From an uncultured delta proteobacterium (lineage in GTDB: Bacteria; Myxococcota; Myxococcia; Myxococcales; Myxococcaceae), in the NCBI GenBank assembly GCA_963771175.1, contig CAVYSY010000026.1, positions 626,158 through 690,157 of the forward strand: 64,000 bases of DNA, read 5' to 3'. The position numbers were made by a program, and so were the translations under genes. The notes beneath the pieces were generated by a model. The model was not told the origin of the DNA and ran no database searches. It saw only the letters and a program-made list of their open reading frames with translations. Shown in pieces: positions 1-11,559 of the stretch; position 1 is the first letter of the stretch, and each line of letters begins with the position of its first letter.

Positions 1-487
1 CTTCGTCGGGAACCGGGAGCGGGCCGAGGAGCTGACGCAGGACATCTTCGTGAAGCTCTACCGCAACGCGAAGGGCTACAAGCCGACGGCGAAGTTCAAG
101 ACGTTCCTGTTCCGGGTGGCCTCCAACCACTGCCTCAACGAGGTGCGGCGCGGAGAGTACCGGGTGGAGCACACGACGACGTCGGAGACGCCCGAGGACG
201 AGAGCGGGCTGGACGTGGCGGGGCAGGAGGGGGACAGGCCGGACCAGGCGCTGGCGGGGCGGGAGCTGGAGCGGGCCGTGGGCGAGGCGCTGAAGTCGAT
301 GAGCGAGCGGGAGCGGGCGGCCTTCACCATGTGCCGCTTCGAGGGCATGGCGTACCGGGAGATCGCCGAGGCGCTGGAGGCGAGCGAGGCGGCGGTGAAG
401 AGCCTCATCCACCGGGCGACGCTGGCGGTGGCGCGAAAGGTAGAGGAACTGCAGGCGGGCTCCGAGCCCGTGAGGAGCAGGGCATGA
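1..487 (+). CDS. ECF (sigma-70 group 4) RNA polymerase sigma factor, 5'-truncated by window edge
   Basis: Region 2 (AEELTQDIFVKLY...FKTFLFRVASNHCLNEVRR) and region 4 HTH (MSERERAAF...YREIAEALEASEAAVKSLIHRA). Confidence 0.9.
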   Translation, partial: FVGNRERAEELTQDIFVKLYRNAKGYKPTAKFKTFLFRVASNHCLNEVRRGEYRVEHTTTSETPEDESGLDVAGQEGDRPDQALAGRELERAVGEALKSMSERERAAFTMCRFEGMAYREIAEALEASEAAVKSLIHRATLAVARKVEELQAGSEPVRSRA

Positions 488-957
488 GCTGTCCATTCGA
501 GGAAGACCTGACGGCCTACGTCGACGAGGAGCTGCCGCCCGCGCGCCGCGCCGAGGTGGAGACGCACCTGAGAGGCTGCGCGGGATGCCAGGGGACGGAG
601 GCGCTCCTGCGGCGCACGGTGGCGCGGATGGCCGAGCTGCCCGAGTTCACCCCCTCGACGGCCACGCGGCGCGAGGTGCTGGCGAAGGTGGACGCGCTGC
701 CGAGACCCCTGGGGGAGCGGCTGCTGGCGCTGCTGCGGCCCACGGTGCTGGTGCCGGCGGCGGGACTGGCGGCGGTGGCGGGGCTGGCGCTCTACACCAC
801 CGCCACGAGCGAGCCCGCGCTGGAGGTGCCGGACGCGGGCACGCTGGAGCTGGCGATGAACCTGGAAGTCGTCGAGGACTACGAGGTCCTCGGCCTGGAC
901 GAGAGTGAAGACCTGGAGGTGGTTGCCCATCTCCATGAGCTGGAGGAGGTGCAGTGA
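484..957 (+). CDS. Zinc-binding (zf-HC2/ZAS) transmembrane anti-sigma factor
   Basis: ATG overlaps sigma stop (ATGA); LTAYVDEEL...HLRGCAGC (HxxxCxxC); one TM helix; acidic C-terminal tail. Confidence 0.88.
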   Translation: MSCPFEEDLTAYVDEELPPARRAEVETHLRGCAGCQGTEALLRRTVARMAELPEFTPSTATRREVLAKVDALPRPLGERLLALLRPTVLVPAAGLAAVAGLALYTTATSEPALEVPDAGTLELAMNLEVVEDYEVLGLDESEDLEVVAHLHELEEVQ

Positions 958-1478
958 TGAGGGGCCGGAGGAACATGGCGCTGGCGGGGCTGGTGGCGGC
1001 GCTGCTCGTGGGCGGCGCGGGCCGCGCGGAGGAGCCTCGCCCGGAGCCCCCGAAGCAGGAGCAGGGGCGGACGGCGGCCGAGCGCTTCCAGCAGCTCTCG
1101 CCCGAGCAGAAGGCGGCACTGCGCGCGAAGCTGCGCGAGCTCAAGTCGATGCCCAAGGAGGACCAGGAGCGCATCAAGGCCAACCTGGAGCGCTGGAAGC
1201 AGATGCCGCCGGAGGAGCGCGAGCGCGTCCGGGCCAACCAGCGCGAGTTCCAGCGGCTGTCGCCCGAGGAGCGCAAGCAGATGCGCGAGCGCTTCCGCGA
1301 GTTCCGCGGGATGAGCGCCGAGCGCAAGGCGGAGCTGCGCCAGCGGATGCGGACCTACCTGCGCGCGCACCCGGAGCGGCGCGAGCAGATGATGGAGAAC
1401 ATGCGCCGCTGGCGGCAGATGTCGCCCGAGCAGCGCCAGCAGATGCGCGAGCGGATGCGCGAGAGGCGGCGTCCGTGA
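954..1478 (+). CDS. Exported Arg/Glu-rich helical repeat protein (DUF3106-like)
   Basis: Signal peptide; repeats of (F/W)xx(L/M)(S/P)PE(E/Q)(R/K); overlaps the anti-sigma stop. Confidence 0.75.
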   Translation: MMRGRRNMALAGLVAALLVGGAGRAEEPRPEPPKQEQGRTAAERFQQLSPEQKAALRAKLRELKSMPKEDQERIKANLERWKQMPPEERERVRANQREFQRLSPEERKQMRERFREFRGMSAERKAELRQRMRTYLRAHPERREQMMENMRRWRQMSPEQRQQMRERMRERRRP

Positions 1479-1720
1479 GCTGGCTCCGCCCCCTGCTGCT
1501 GGCCACCGTCCTGAGCGCCGGGACGGCCGCCGCCTCGGAGCCTGGTCCGCCCGCTCCACCCAAGAACCCGCCCGAGCAGCGCGCGTCCACCCCGGAGCTG
1601 TCCGCCGAGGACAAGGAGGTGGTGGAGAACCTCGAGCTGCTGGAGAGCATGGACGCGGTGGAGGACCTCGAGCTGCTGCTCGAGCTGAGCAAGGACGACT
1701 CCCCCTCCGACGAGGAGTGA
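1475..1720 (+). CDS. Small exported acidic protein
   Basis: GTG overlaps previous stop; signal peptide MSWLRPLLLATVLSAGTAAA, Pro-rich linker, EDKEVVENLELLE tail. Confidence 0.65.
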   Translation: MSWLRPLLLATVLSAGTAAASEPGPPAPPKNPPEQRASTPELSAEDKEVVENLELLESMDAVEDLELLLELSKDDSPSDEE

Positions 1721-1764
1721 AGGCCCACCCCGGGCAGGGCGTGGAGGGGTAGACTGGCGGCACC

Positions 1765-2733
1765 TTGCCGTCCCCGCCCCCGCCCCCCAGGACCGTGGAG
1801 ATCCCCTCGCGCCGCTTCGGGCGCTACGTGCTGCGCTCGCGCCTGGGCTCGGGGGGCATGGCCGAGGTGTTCCTCGCGGAAACCCGGGACGAGCAGGGGG
1901 CTCCCCTCAAGGTGGCGCTGAAGCTGATGCGCAAGGACGTCTCGGCGGAGTCCTTCGCCGACGAGGCGGACCTGATGGGCATCCTGGAGCACCCCAACCT
2001 GGTGCGCCGGCTGGAGATTGGCGAGGCCTTCGGGCGCTTCTTCATCGCCATGGAGTTCCTCGTCGGTGGAGACCTGGAGGGGCTCCTCCGGGCGCACCGT
2101 CAGCAGGGGCAGGCCATCCCCGCGGCGCTGGGCGCCCACGTGTGCATCGAGGTGCTGCGGGCCCTGGCCTACTTCCACCAGGCGCGCACGCGCAGCGGCC
2201 GGCCGCTGGAGCTGATCCACGGTGATGTGAATCCCGCCAACATCTTCTTCTCCGGACAGGGCGAGGTGCGGCTCGGCGACTTCGGCGTGGCCAAGGCGCG
2301 CGGGTTGGACCTCGGCCCGGAGGACGGGGTGACGGCGGGCAAGCTGCACTACCTCTCGCCGGAGCAGACGCGCGGGGACTCGCTGACGCTGGCCTCGGAC
2401 CTGTTCTCGCTGGGCATCGTCCTGCACGAGCTGGTGCTGGGCTTCCACCCCTTCGCGCCCGAGAGCGATGATCCCGACCGGGTGATGGCGGCCATCCGCG
2501 CGGCGAAGCTGAACCTGCCGGACACGCTGGACAAGCCGCTCGCGGCGGTGCTGCGCAAGGCACTGGCACCAGACGTGAATCAGCGCTTCCGCACGGCGGG
2601 CGAGTTCGCGGGAGCCCTCTTCGCCTGGGCGTTGGATACAGGACAGCCCTTCGGCACGCGCGAGGTGCAGGCCTCGCTGCAACAGGCCCTCTCGCTCGCA
2701 CTCTGGGAACGGGAGAAGAGCCGCCCCCGGTAG
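1765..2733 (+). CDS. Ser/Thr protein kinase (Hanks type, cytoplasmic)
   Basis: LGSGGMAEV, VALK, HGDVNPAN, DFG, YLSPEQ, SDLFSLG motifs. Confidence 0.92.
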   Translation: MPSPPPPPRTVEIPSRRFGRYVLRSRLGSGGMAEVFLAETRDEQGAPLKVALKLMRKDVSAESFADEADLMGILEHPNLVRRLEIGEAFGRFFIAMEFLVGGDLEGLLRAHRQQGQAIPAALGAHVCIEVLRALAYFHQARTRSGRPLELIHGDVNPANIFFSGQGEVRLGDFGVAKARGLDLGPEDGVTAGKLHYLSPEQTRGDSLTLASDLFSLGIVLHELVLGFHPFAPESDDPDRVMAAIRAAKLNLPDTLDKPLAAVLRKALAPDVNQRFRTAGEFAGALFAWALDTGQPFGTREVQASLQQALSLALWEREKSRPR

Positions 2734-2760
2734 GAGCGGGACCGCACGCGGATTCTTCTT

Positions 2761-2789
2761 TTGACAGCCCCCACCGCCCCCCTTAGCTT
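2761..2789 (+). promoter_or_regulatory. Sigma-70-type promoter for the riboswitch-nrdAB transcript
   Basis: TTGACA-N17-TAGCTT immediately upstream of the riboswitch. Confidence 0.65.
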
Positions 2790-2795
2790 GTCGCG

Positions 2796-2978
2796 CGTCG
2801 CTGGTGCCAGAGCCCTGCTCTGGATTGAAAGGGAATCCGGTGTGAATCCGGAGCTGCCCCCGCAGCGGTAAGCGAGAACGAACCCGCCCATACCCACTGG
2901 CCGAGAGGCTGGGAAGGAGGCGGTAGTAGGACCGGCGAGAGCCGGGTGCTCGCGAGCCCGAAGACCTGCCAGCACCTG
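2796..2978 (+). ncRNA. Cobalamin (AdoCbl/B12) riboswitch
   Basis: Conserved elements GGTGC, AAAGGGAATCCGGTGTGAATCCGGAGCTGCCCCCGCAGCGGT, CCACTGG..GGGAAG and B12 box GAGCCCGAAGACCTGCC; upstream of B12-independent RNR. Confidence 0.93.
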
Positions 2979-3113
2979 CCTCTGGGAGAAATCCAGCGGC
3001 TGCTCGACCTGGAAGCCTCGTGGGGAGGCAGGAGGTCCGTGCGCCGCGGGCTCCCCGTGGCTGTCCCGGTTCCGCCCATCTCCTCGCAGGCCTTGACGAA
3101 CGCGAGGAGGAGC

Positions 3114-5531
3114 ATGCTGAACGGAAGCCACATCCCTGAACGCGAGCAGGTCTCGCCGCCCACCACCATGCGGGTGCGCAAGCGCAACGGAGCGCTCGAG
3201 GTCGCGGACCTGAACAAGATCGTCCGGGCGATCGGCCGCTGTTGCGACGGGCTGCGCCAGGTCGATGCCATCCGCGTGGCGACGAAGACGATCGCCGGCC
3301 TCTACGACGGAGCCACGACGCAGGAGCTCGACCAGCTCTCCATCCAGACCGCCGCCTCGCTGATCGCTCGAGGAGCCCGAGTACTCGCAAGCTCGCGGCG
3401 CGGCTGCTCGCGACGTTCATCGACAAGGAGGTCTCCGGACCAGGAGATCCACTCCTTCTCGCAGTCGATCGCCGCCGGCCATCGCCTCGGCCTCGTCAAC
3501 GATCGCGTGCACGGCTTCGTCTCGGCGAACGCACGCAAGCTGAACGACGCGATCGACCCCTCGCGAACCGGCCTCTTCGAGTACTTCGGGCTGCGCACGG
3601 TCTACGACCGCTACCTGCTCAAGCACCCGAAGACGCGCGAGGTGCTCGAGACGCCCCAGCACTTCTTCATGCGCATCGCGTGCGCGCTCGCGGAGACCGT
3701 GCCCGAGGCGCTCGAGCTCTATCGGCTCTTCTCGATCGCTCGAGTACGTGCCGAGCTCGCCCACCCTCTTCAACTCGGGCACGCGCCACGAGCAGCTCTC
3801 GTCGCTGCTTCCTCCTGGACTCGCCCGGGGACGAGCTGGAGACCATCTACCAGCGCTACACCGACGTCGCGATGCTCTCGAAGTTCTCGGGCGGCATCGG
3901 CCTCGCGTACCACCGCGTCCGCTCGCGCGGCTCGCTCATCGCGAGCACCAACGGGCACTCGCAACGGCATCGTGCCCTGGCTGAAGACGCTCGATGCGTC
4001 GGTGGCCGCGGTGAACCAGGGCGGCAAGCGCAAGGGCGCCTGCTGCGTGTACCTCGAGACCTGGCACGCGGACATCGAGGAGTTCCTCGAGCTGCGCGAC
4101 AACACCGGCGACGAGGCGCGCCGCACGCACAACCTGAACCTCGCCAACTGGATCCCCGATCTCTTCATGAAGCGCGTCGAGGCCGACGGGGACTGGTCCC
4201 TCTTCGATCCCAAGACCGTCCCGCACCTCACCGACCTCTACGGCGAGGCGTTCGAGCGCGCCTACGACGCTGGCCGAGCGACAGGGCCTCGCGGCCCGGA
4301 CGGTGAAGGCCCGCGATCTCTACGCGCGCATGATGCGGACGCTCGCCCAGACCGGGAACGGCTGGATGACGTTCAAGGACACGTCGAACCGGGCCTGCAA
4401 CCAGACCGCGCTGCCGGGCCGCGTCGTCCACCTCTCGAACCTCTGCACCGAGATCCTCGAGGTCACCTCGGGGGACGAGACGGCGGTCTGCAACCTCGGC
4501 TCGATCAACCTCGCGCGGCACACGTCCGTGGACGAGGCCAGCCGGGTGACGTTCGACTTCGACAAGCTCGCGCGGACGGTGCGCACGGCGGTGCGTCAGC
4601 TCGACCGGGTGATCGACCTCAACTTCTACCCGATCGCCTCGGCGCAAGACGCTCGAACCTCCGCTGGCGGCCGGTGGGCCTGGGCGTGATGGGCCTGCAG
4701 GACGTGTTCTTCCAGCTGCGCCTGCCCTTCGACGCGCCCGAGGCGCGCGAGCTCTCGCGGCGGATCTCCGAGGAGATCTACTTCCACGCGCTCTCCGCCT
4801 CGTGCGACCTCGCGGCCGAGCGCGGCGCGCACCCGGCCTTCCCCGAGACGCGCGCGGCGCGAGGCGAGCTCCAGTTCGACGCGTGGGGCGTCACCCCCGA
4901 GGACCCGGCGCGCTGGGACGCGCTCCGCGCCCGGATCCAGACGGTGGGCCTGCGCAACTCGCTGCTCATCGCGATCGCGCCGACGGCGACCATCGCGTCG
5001 ATCGCCGGCTGCTACGAGTGCATCGAGCCGCAGGTGTCGAACCTCTTCAAGCGCGAGACGCTCTCGGGCGACTTCCTGCAGGTGAACCGCTACCTCGTCG
5101 ACGGAGCTCAAGTCGCTCGGCCTCTGGAACGAGGAGATGCGCACCCGCATCAAGCTCGCCGAGGGCTCGATCCAGGCCATGGGGGAGATTCCCGCGGACG
5201 TGCGAGCCATCTACCGCACCGCGTGGGAGCTGCCGATGCGCTCGCTCATCGACATGGCGGCCGACCGCGGCGCCTTCATCGACCAGAGCCAGTCGCTCAA
5301 CCTGTTCATCGAGACGCCGAACATCGGGCAGCTCACCTCCATGTACATGTACGCCTGGAAGAAGGGGCTGAAGACGACCTACTACCTGCGCTCCCGGCCG
5401 GCGACGCGCATCGCGAAGGACCGACGCGTCGACGCGGCGACGTCACGGCGCCGATGAAGCCGACACCGACACCGACGCAGGCCGTCGCCTGCTCCCTGGA
5501 GAACCCCGAGAACTGCGAGGCCTGCCAATGA
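3114..5531 (+). CDS. nrdA: Ribonucleoside-diphosphate reductase class Ia alpha subunit (several apparent frameshifts)
   Basis: AGGAGG RBS; N-terminal ATP cone; SPTLFNSG, SNLCTEI, VCNLGSINL, IAPTATIAS, DQSQSLN, KTTYYLR, C-terminal CEAC, pieced from several frames. Confidence 0.93.
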   Translation: MLNGSHIPEREQVSPPTTMRVRKRNGALEVADLNKIVRAIGRCCDGLRQVDAIRVATKTIAGLYDGATTQELDQLSIQTAASLIARGARVLASSRRGCSRRSSTRRSPDQEIHSFSQSIAAGHRLGLVNDRVHGFVSANARKLNDAIDPSRTGLFEYFGLRTVYDRYLLKHPKTREVLETPQHFFMRIACALAETVPEALELYRLFSIARVRAELAHPLQLGHAPRAALVAASSWTRPGTSWRPSTSATPTSRCSRSSRAASASRTTASARAARSSRAPTGTRNGIVPWLKTLDASVAAVNQGGKRKGACCVYLETWHADIEEFLELRDNTGDEARRTHNLNLANWIPDLFMKRVEADGDWSLFDPKTVPHLTDLYGEAFERAYDAGRATGPRGPDGEGPRSLRAHDADARPDRERLDDVQGHVEPGLQPDRAAGPRRPPLEPLHRDPRGHLGGRDGGLQPRLDQPRAAHVRGRGQPGDVRLRQARADGAHGGASARPGDRPQLLPDRLGARRSNLRWRPVGLGVMGLQDVFFQLRLPFDAPEARELSRRISEEIYFHALSASCDLAAERGAHPAFPETRAARGELQFDAWGVTPEDPARWDALRARIQTVGLRNSLLIAIAPTATIASIAGCYECIEPQVSNLFKRETLSGDFLQVNRYLVDGAQVARPLERGDAHPHQARRGLDPGHGGDSRGRASHLPHRVGAADALAHRHGGRPRRLHRPEPVAQPVHRDAEHRAAHLHVHVRLEEGAEDDLLPALPAGDAHREGPTRRRGDVTAPMKPTPTPTQAVACSLENPENCEACQ

Positions 5532-6595
5532 GCGCCCAGAAGAACGAGAGCTGGACCCCGACGAAGGTCTCGCACGCGACGCCGAAGACGGGCGCACGGC
5601 TGCTCGACCCGGGCCTGAACCTCACGCTGCGCCCGATGCAGTACCCGGTCTTCTTCGACATGTACCGGGACGCCATCAAGAACACCTGGACGGTGGAGGA
5701 GGTGGACTTCTCGACGGACGTGGGAGACCTGCGCTCGAAGATGACGGCCGCGGACCGCCATCTCATCCAGCGGCTCGTGGCCTTCTTCGCGACGGGCGAC
5801 TCCATCGTGGCGAACAACCTCGTGCTGAACCTCTACAAGCACGTGAACGCGCCCGAGGCGCGCATGTACCTGTCGCGGCAGCTCTACGAGGAGGCACTGC
5901 ACGTGCAGTTCTACCTCACGCTGCTCGACACGTACGTGCCGGACCCGGTCGAGCGGGCGAAGGCCTTCGCGGCGATCGACAACATCCCGAGCATCCGCGC
6001 GAAGGCCGAGTTCTGCTTCAGGTGGATGGACACCATCGGCGAGCTGGAGCGGCTGGAGACGAAGGAGCAGCGGCGCCAGTTCCTCCTGAACCTCATCTGC
6101 TTCGCGGCCTGCATCGAGGGGCTCTTCTTCTTCGCGGCGTTCGCCTACGTCTACTTCCTCCGCTCGCGGGGGCTGCTGCACGGGCTGGCCGCCGGGACGA
6201 ACTGGGTCTTCCGCGACGAGAGCGCGCACATGGCCTTCGCCTTCGAGGTGGTGCGGACGGTGCGCCGCGAGGAGCCGGACCTCTTCGACGCGGAGCTGGA
6301 GCGGCGCATCGCCACGATGATCGACGAGGCGGTGGCGTGCGAGCTCCAGTTCGCCGAGGACCTGCTGGGGCTCGGCGTCGCCGGGCTCTCCGTGCGCGAG
6401 ATGCGGCAGTACCTGGAGTTCGTCGCGGATCAGCGACTCGCGATGCTGGAGCTGCCGAAGCGCTACGGCGCGAAGAACCCGTTCGGCTTCATGGACCTGC
6501 AGGACGTGCAGGAGCTGGCGAACTTCTTCGAGCGCCGCGTCTCCGCGTACCAGGTCGGCGTCGCCGGGGAGGTCACCTTCGACGCGGCGTTCTGA
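5528..6595 (+). CDS. nrdB: Ribonucleoside-diphosphate reductase class Ia beta subunit
   Basis: Di-iron motifs EEALHVQFY, IEGLFF, RDESAH; C-terminal NFFERRVSAY; intact ORF overlapping the nrdA stop. Confidence 0.96.
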   Translation: MSAQKNESWTPTKVSHATPKTGARLLDPGLNLTLRPMQYPVFFDMYRDAIKNTWTVEEVDFSTDVGDLRSKMTAADRHLIQRLVAFFATGDSIVANNLVLNLYKHVNAPEARMYLSRQLYEEALHVQFYLTLLDTYVPDPVERAKAFAAIDNIPSIRAKAEFCFRWMDTIGELERLETKEQRRQFLLNLICFAACIEGLFFFAAFAYVYFLRSRGLLHGLAAGTNWVFRDESAHMAFAFEVVRTVRREEPDLFDAELERRIATMIDEAVACELQFAEDLLGLGVAGLSVREMRQYLEFVADQRLAMLELPKRYGAKNPFGFMDLQDVQELANFFERRVSAYQVGVAGEVTFDAAF

Positions 6596-6613
6596 GCCAA
6601 GGGCGTCACCCGT

Positions 6614-7635
6614 TCACTTCGCCCGTTCGACGCGGCCGTCGGGATGCCGCGCGAACCGGCCTTCCTCCCTCGGGTGCACCGGGCCATTGCTCGGCCACGG
6701 CCAGCCCCCGAACTCCGTGCGCTGGTAGTCCTGGAACGCCTGCCGGAGCTCGGCGGGGGTATTCATGACGAAGGGACCGTACTGCACGACGGGCTCTCCG
6801 ATCGGCCGGCCCTGCAGGAGGAGCAGCTCGCCCTGGTCCGGGCCATTGGTGAGCGTCACCTCCTGCTCGGCGCGGAGCTGGACCCCGGAGTAGGACGGGA
6901 TGGACCGGTTGCCGATCCGGAGGGAGCTTCCCACGAAGAAATAGAGCGTGCGGTTCACTCCCTTCCCCGCAGGCGGGAGCGTCCACTCCGCCCCGGGCTC
7001 CATCTTGATGGTCCAGATGGCGAGCTCCGACTCAGGCCGCGCCGCCCAGGACTTCGGCGGAGGCGGAGGCGCCTGGAGCTGAGCGAGCTGCCCGGCCACG
7101 ACGTTGACCTCGGTCAACCGTCCGGCCGAATCCCGGGCGCTGTACTTCGGGATCGTGTCGCTCCAGAACATCGAGAAGTGGGGCTCCACGAGCTTGTTCG
7201 CTCTCGGCAGGTTCAGCCAGATCTGGAACAGCTCGAGCGGGTTCGGCCCCTTCTGGTCGACCAACGGGAACATTCCTCGGAGTGGACGACGCCCTTGCCG
7301 GTGGTGAGCCACTGGACGTCTCCGTGTCCGAAGCGGGCAACCGCGCCCAGGGAGTCCGAGTGGTCGATGAGCCCGCGGCGAACGATCGTCACCGTCTCGA
7401 AGCCACGATGCGGGTGCTGGGGAAACCCAGGCACCACGTCCCCGTGGTACATGCGCCAGCCATCCTTGCCCTCGAAGTCCTGCCCGATGTCCCGGCCCGC
7501 GAGGGATGCGGCGGGGCCCATCCGCTCGTCCCCCGCCGGATAGGCATCATCGTGGTGGACGCAGAAGAGGAACGGGTCGGAGGTCTGCCACTGGAACCCC
7601 AGGGGGTTCACGTTCAGCACGGCGTCGTCGCTCAT
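6614..7635 (-). CDS. Pirin family protein (one apparent frameshift)
   Basis: [51 protein letters not shown]. Confidence 0.9.
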
Positions 7636-7647
7636 AGGTCCTCTCTA

Positions 7648-7689
7648 ATAACAAAACGCCCGGGCGCCTCGAAAGGCGTCCCCGGGCGT
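7648..7689 (-). terminator. Intrinsic terminator after glmS
   Basis: Hairpin ACGCCCGGG/CCCGGGCGT followed by TTTGTTATT on the minus strand. Confidence 0.7.
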
Positions 7690-7721
7690 GATGGACCGAG
7701 CAGCGGTCCGAGAGCGGCGGA

Positions 7722-9564
<1,843 letters not shown>

Positions 9565-9671
9565 GTTGTCCGTCCTCTCTCACGCCCGAGCCCCCGTTGG
9601 CAAATTCCCGGGGCACCCCACCTACACCGGGCGACACCTGTCGCCCTGACGACAAGCAAAAGCCGGGCCCA

Positions 9672-11117
9672 CTACCCGTCGGAGCTCTTGTCCGACTTGG
9701 AAGGGCCTGCTTCCGAGGACTTGGCCATGCGCGCCTTCTTCCTCTCCACCCAGCCCTCCTTGTTGACCTGTGGCGTACGCGACACGGCGAGGCTCCCGGG
9801 AGGCACATCTTTCGTCACCGTGGTGCCCGCGCCGACATACGCGCCGTCCCCGACCTTCACCGGGGCCACCAGCTGGCGTGTCGGAGCCGATGAAGACGCC
9901 GTCACCCAGCTCGGTGAGGTGCTTGTGCACCCCGTCGTAGTTGCAGGTGATGGTGCCGGCGCCGACGTTCACCCCGGAGCCGATCTTCGCGTCGCCCGAG
10001 GTAGGCGAGGTGGTTGGCCTTGGAGCCGCGGCCGATGCCGGGCCTTCTTCGTCTCCACGAAGTTGCCCAGGTGCACGTCCTCGGCCAGCTCCGTACCCGG
10101 GCGCAACCGGGCGAAGGGGCCGATGATGCAGCGCTCGCCCACCCGGGCCTCCTCCAGCACGGAGTAGGGCTTGATGTGTCGTCCCGTCGGCCACCGAGGA
10201 GGCGTGCAGGACGCTGCCCTGTCCGATGGTGACGTTGCGGCCGACCACCGTGCGCCCCCGACAGCGTCACCATGGGGGCGATCTCCGTGTCCGCGCCGAT
10301 GGCCACGCCCTCCTCGATGTAGGTGGTGGCCGGGTCCTGCAGGGTGACGCCCGTCGCGCATGTGCCAGGTGTTGATGCGCTCCTGGAGCACGCGGGCGCG
10401 CGCGGCCAGCTCCACCCGGTCGTTCACGCCGGCCGTCTCGCCGAAGTCGGCCTCCACGGCGGCCACCGGGCCCTCGGCCGCGGCCATCTCCACCAGGTCC
10501 GTGAGGTAGTACTCGCCCTGCGCGTTTGGGCTGCGGATGTTGGCCAGCGCCTTCCAGAGGAAGGAGGACTCCACCAGGTAGATGCCGGCGTTGCACTCGC
10601 GCACCTGGCGCTGCTCGGGGGTGCGTCCTTGTGCTCGACGATGCGCACCACCTTGCCGCCCTCGCGGAGGACGCGGCCGTAGCCGGTGGGGTCCTCCGGC
10701 ACGGTGGAGACCAGGGAGAGCACGCCGCCGCCCTGCGTCGTGCGCGGCGGCCAGCGCCTCGCAGCGTCTCGCGGCGCAGCAGCGGCACGTCACCGTAGAG
10801 GATGAGGACGCGCCCGTTGAAGTCCTTCAGCGCGCTCCTCCGCCGCGCGCACCGCGTCCGCCGTGCCGCGCTGCTCCTTCTGGAGCGCGAAGCGCAGGGG
10901 CGCGGTGGGGAAGAGCGCGCGGATGGCGCGCTCCACCTCCTCGGCCTGGTGGCCCACCACCGGCACCACCGGAGAGGCGCCCAGGTCGCAGCGCGCGCAT
11001 CAGGGGATAGGCACAGAGGGGCTTGCCAAGGATGGGGTGAAGGACCTTGGCCTTCTCCGACTTCATCCGCGTGCCCTTGCCCGCGCACAACACCACGGCC
11101 GCGAGAGGAGCTGTCAT
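9672..11117 (-). CDS. glmU: Bifunctional UDP-GlcNAc pyrophosphorylase/glucosamine-1-P acetyltransferase (apparent frameshifts)
   Basis: [59 protein letters not shown]. Confidence 0.94.
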
Positions 11118-11559
11118 GCGGCGATTACTAGGGACGCGGCGGCGGCTCGTCAACCGCGAGCAGGCGAGCGGGGGGCCGGGGGCCCTCGGAGCGGGCGCGA
11201 ACGGACACGGACAGCGTATTGCTCTGCACGGTGATGCCGAACGTCGGCTTGAGGAAGACCGTCGTCACCGGGACATCCGGAGGGGTCGGCGGCGGCTTCA
11301 TTGTCGTCAGGTTGGCGTTCATGTTCCCCCCGGCGCTACGCAGCGTCTTGCACAGGATGCCCACCCCTGGGGCCCAGTCAAACAACTGACTGAGCATGCT
11401 GGCGTCCGCCGGACACTTCTTCGCGATGAAACGGCTTGTGGCGCGTCCGGGCGGCGGCGGGATACTCCAGAACCCCGAGCCAGGGAAGCAGCAGTTGCGG
11501 ACCCGATGAAGCAACAGTTGCGGGCCCGATTACGGAGCGCGCACGTGGAGACGGTAAAG

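Noticed and set aside
9565..9671. glmS ribozyme upstream of glmS
   Set aside because: Short spacer with no recognisable ribozyme core
11128..11514. Possible ORF between glmU and ggt
   Set aside because: No motif and weak codon bias; could be only a divergent promoter region
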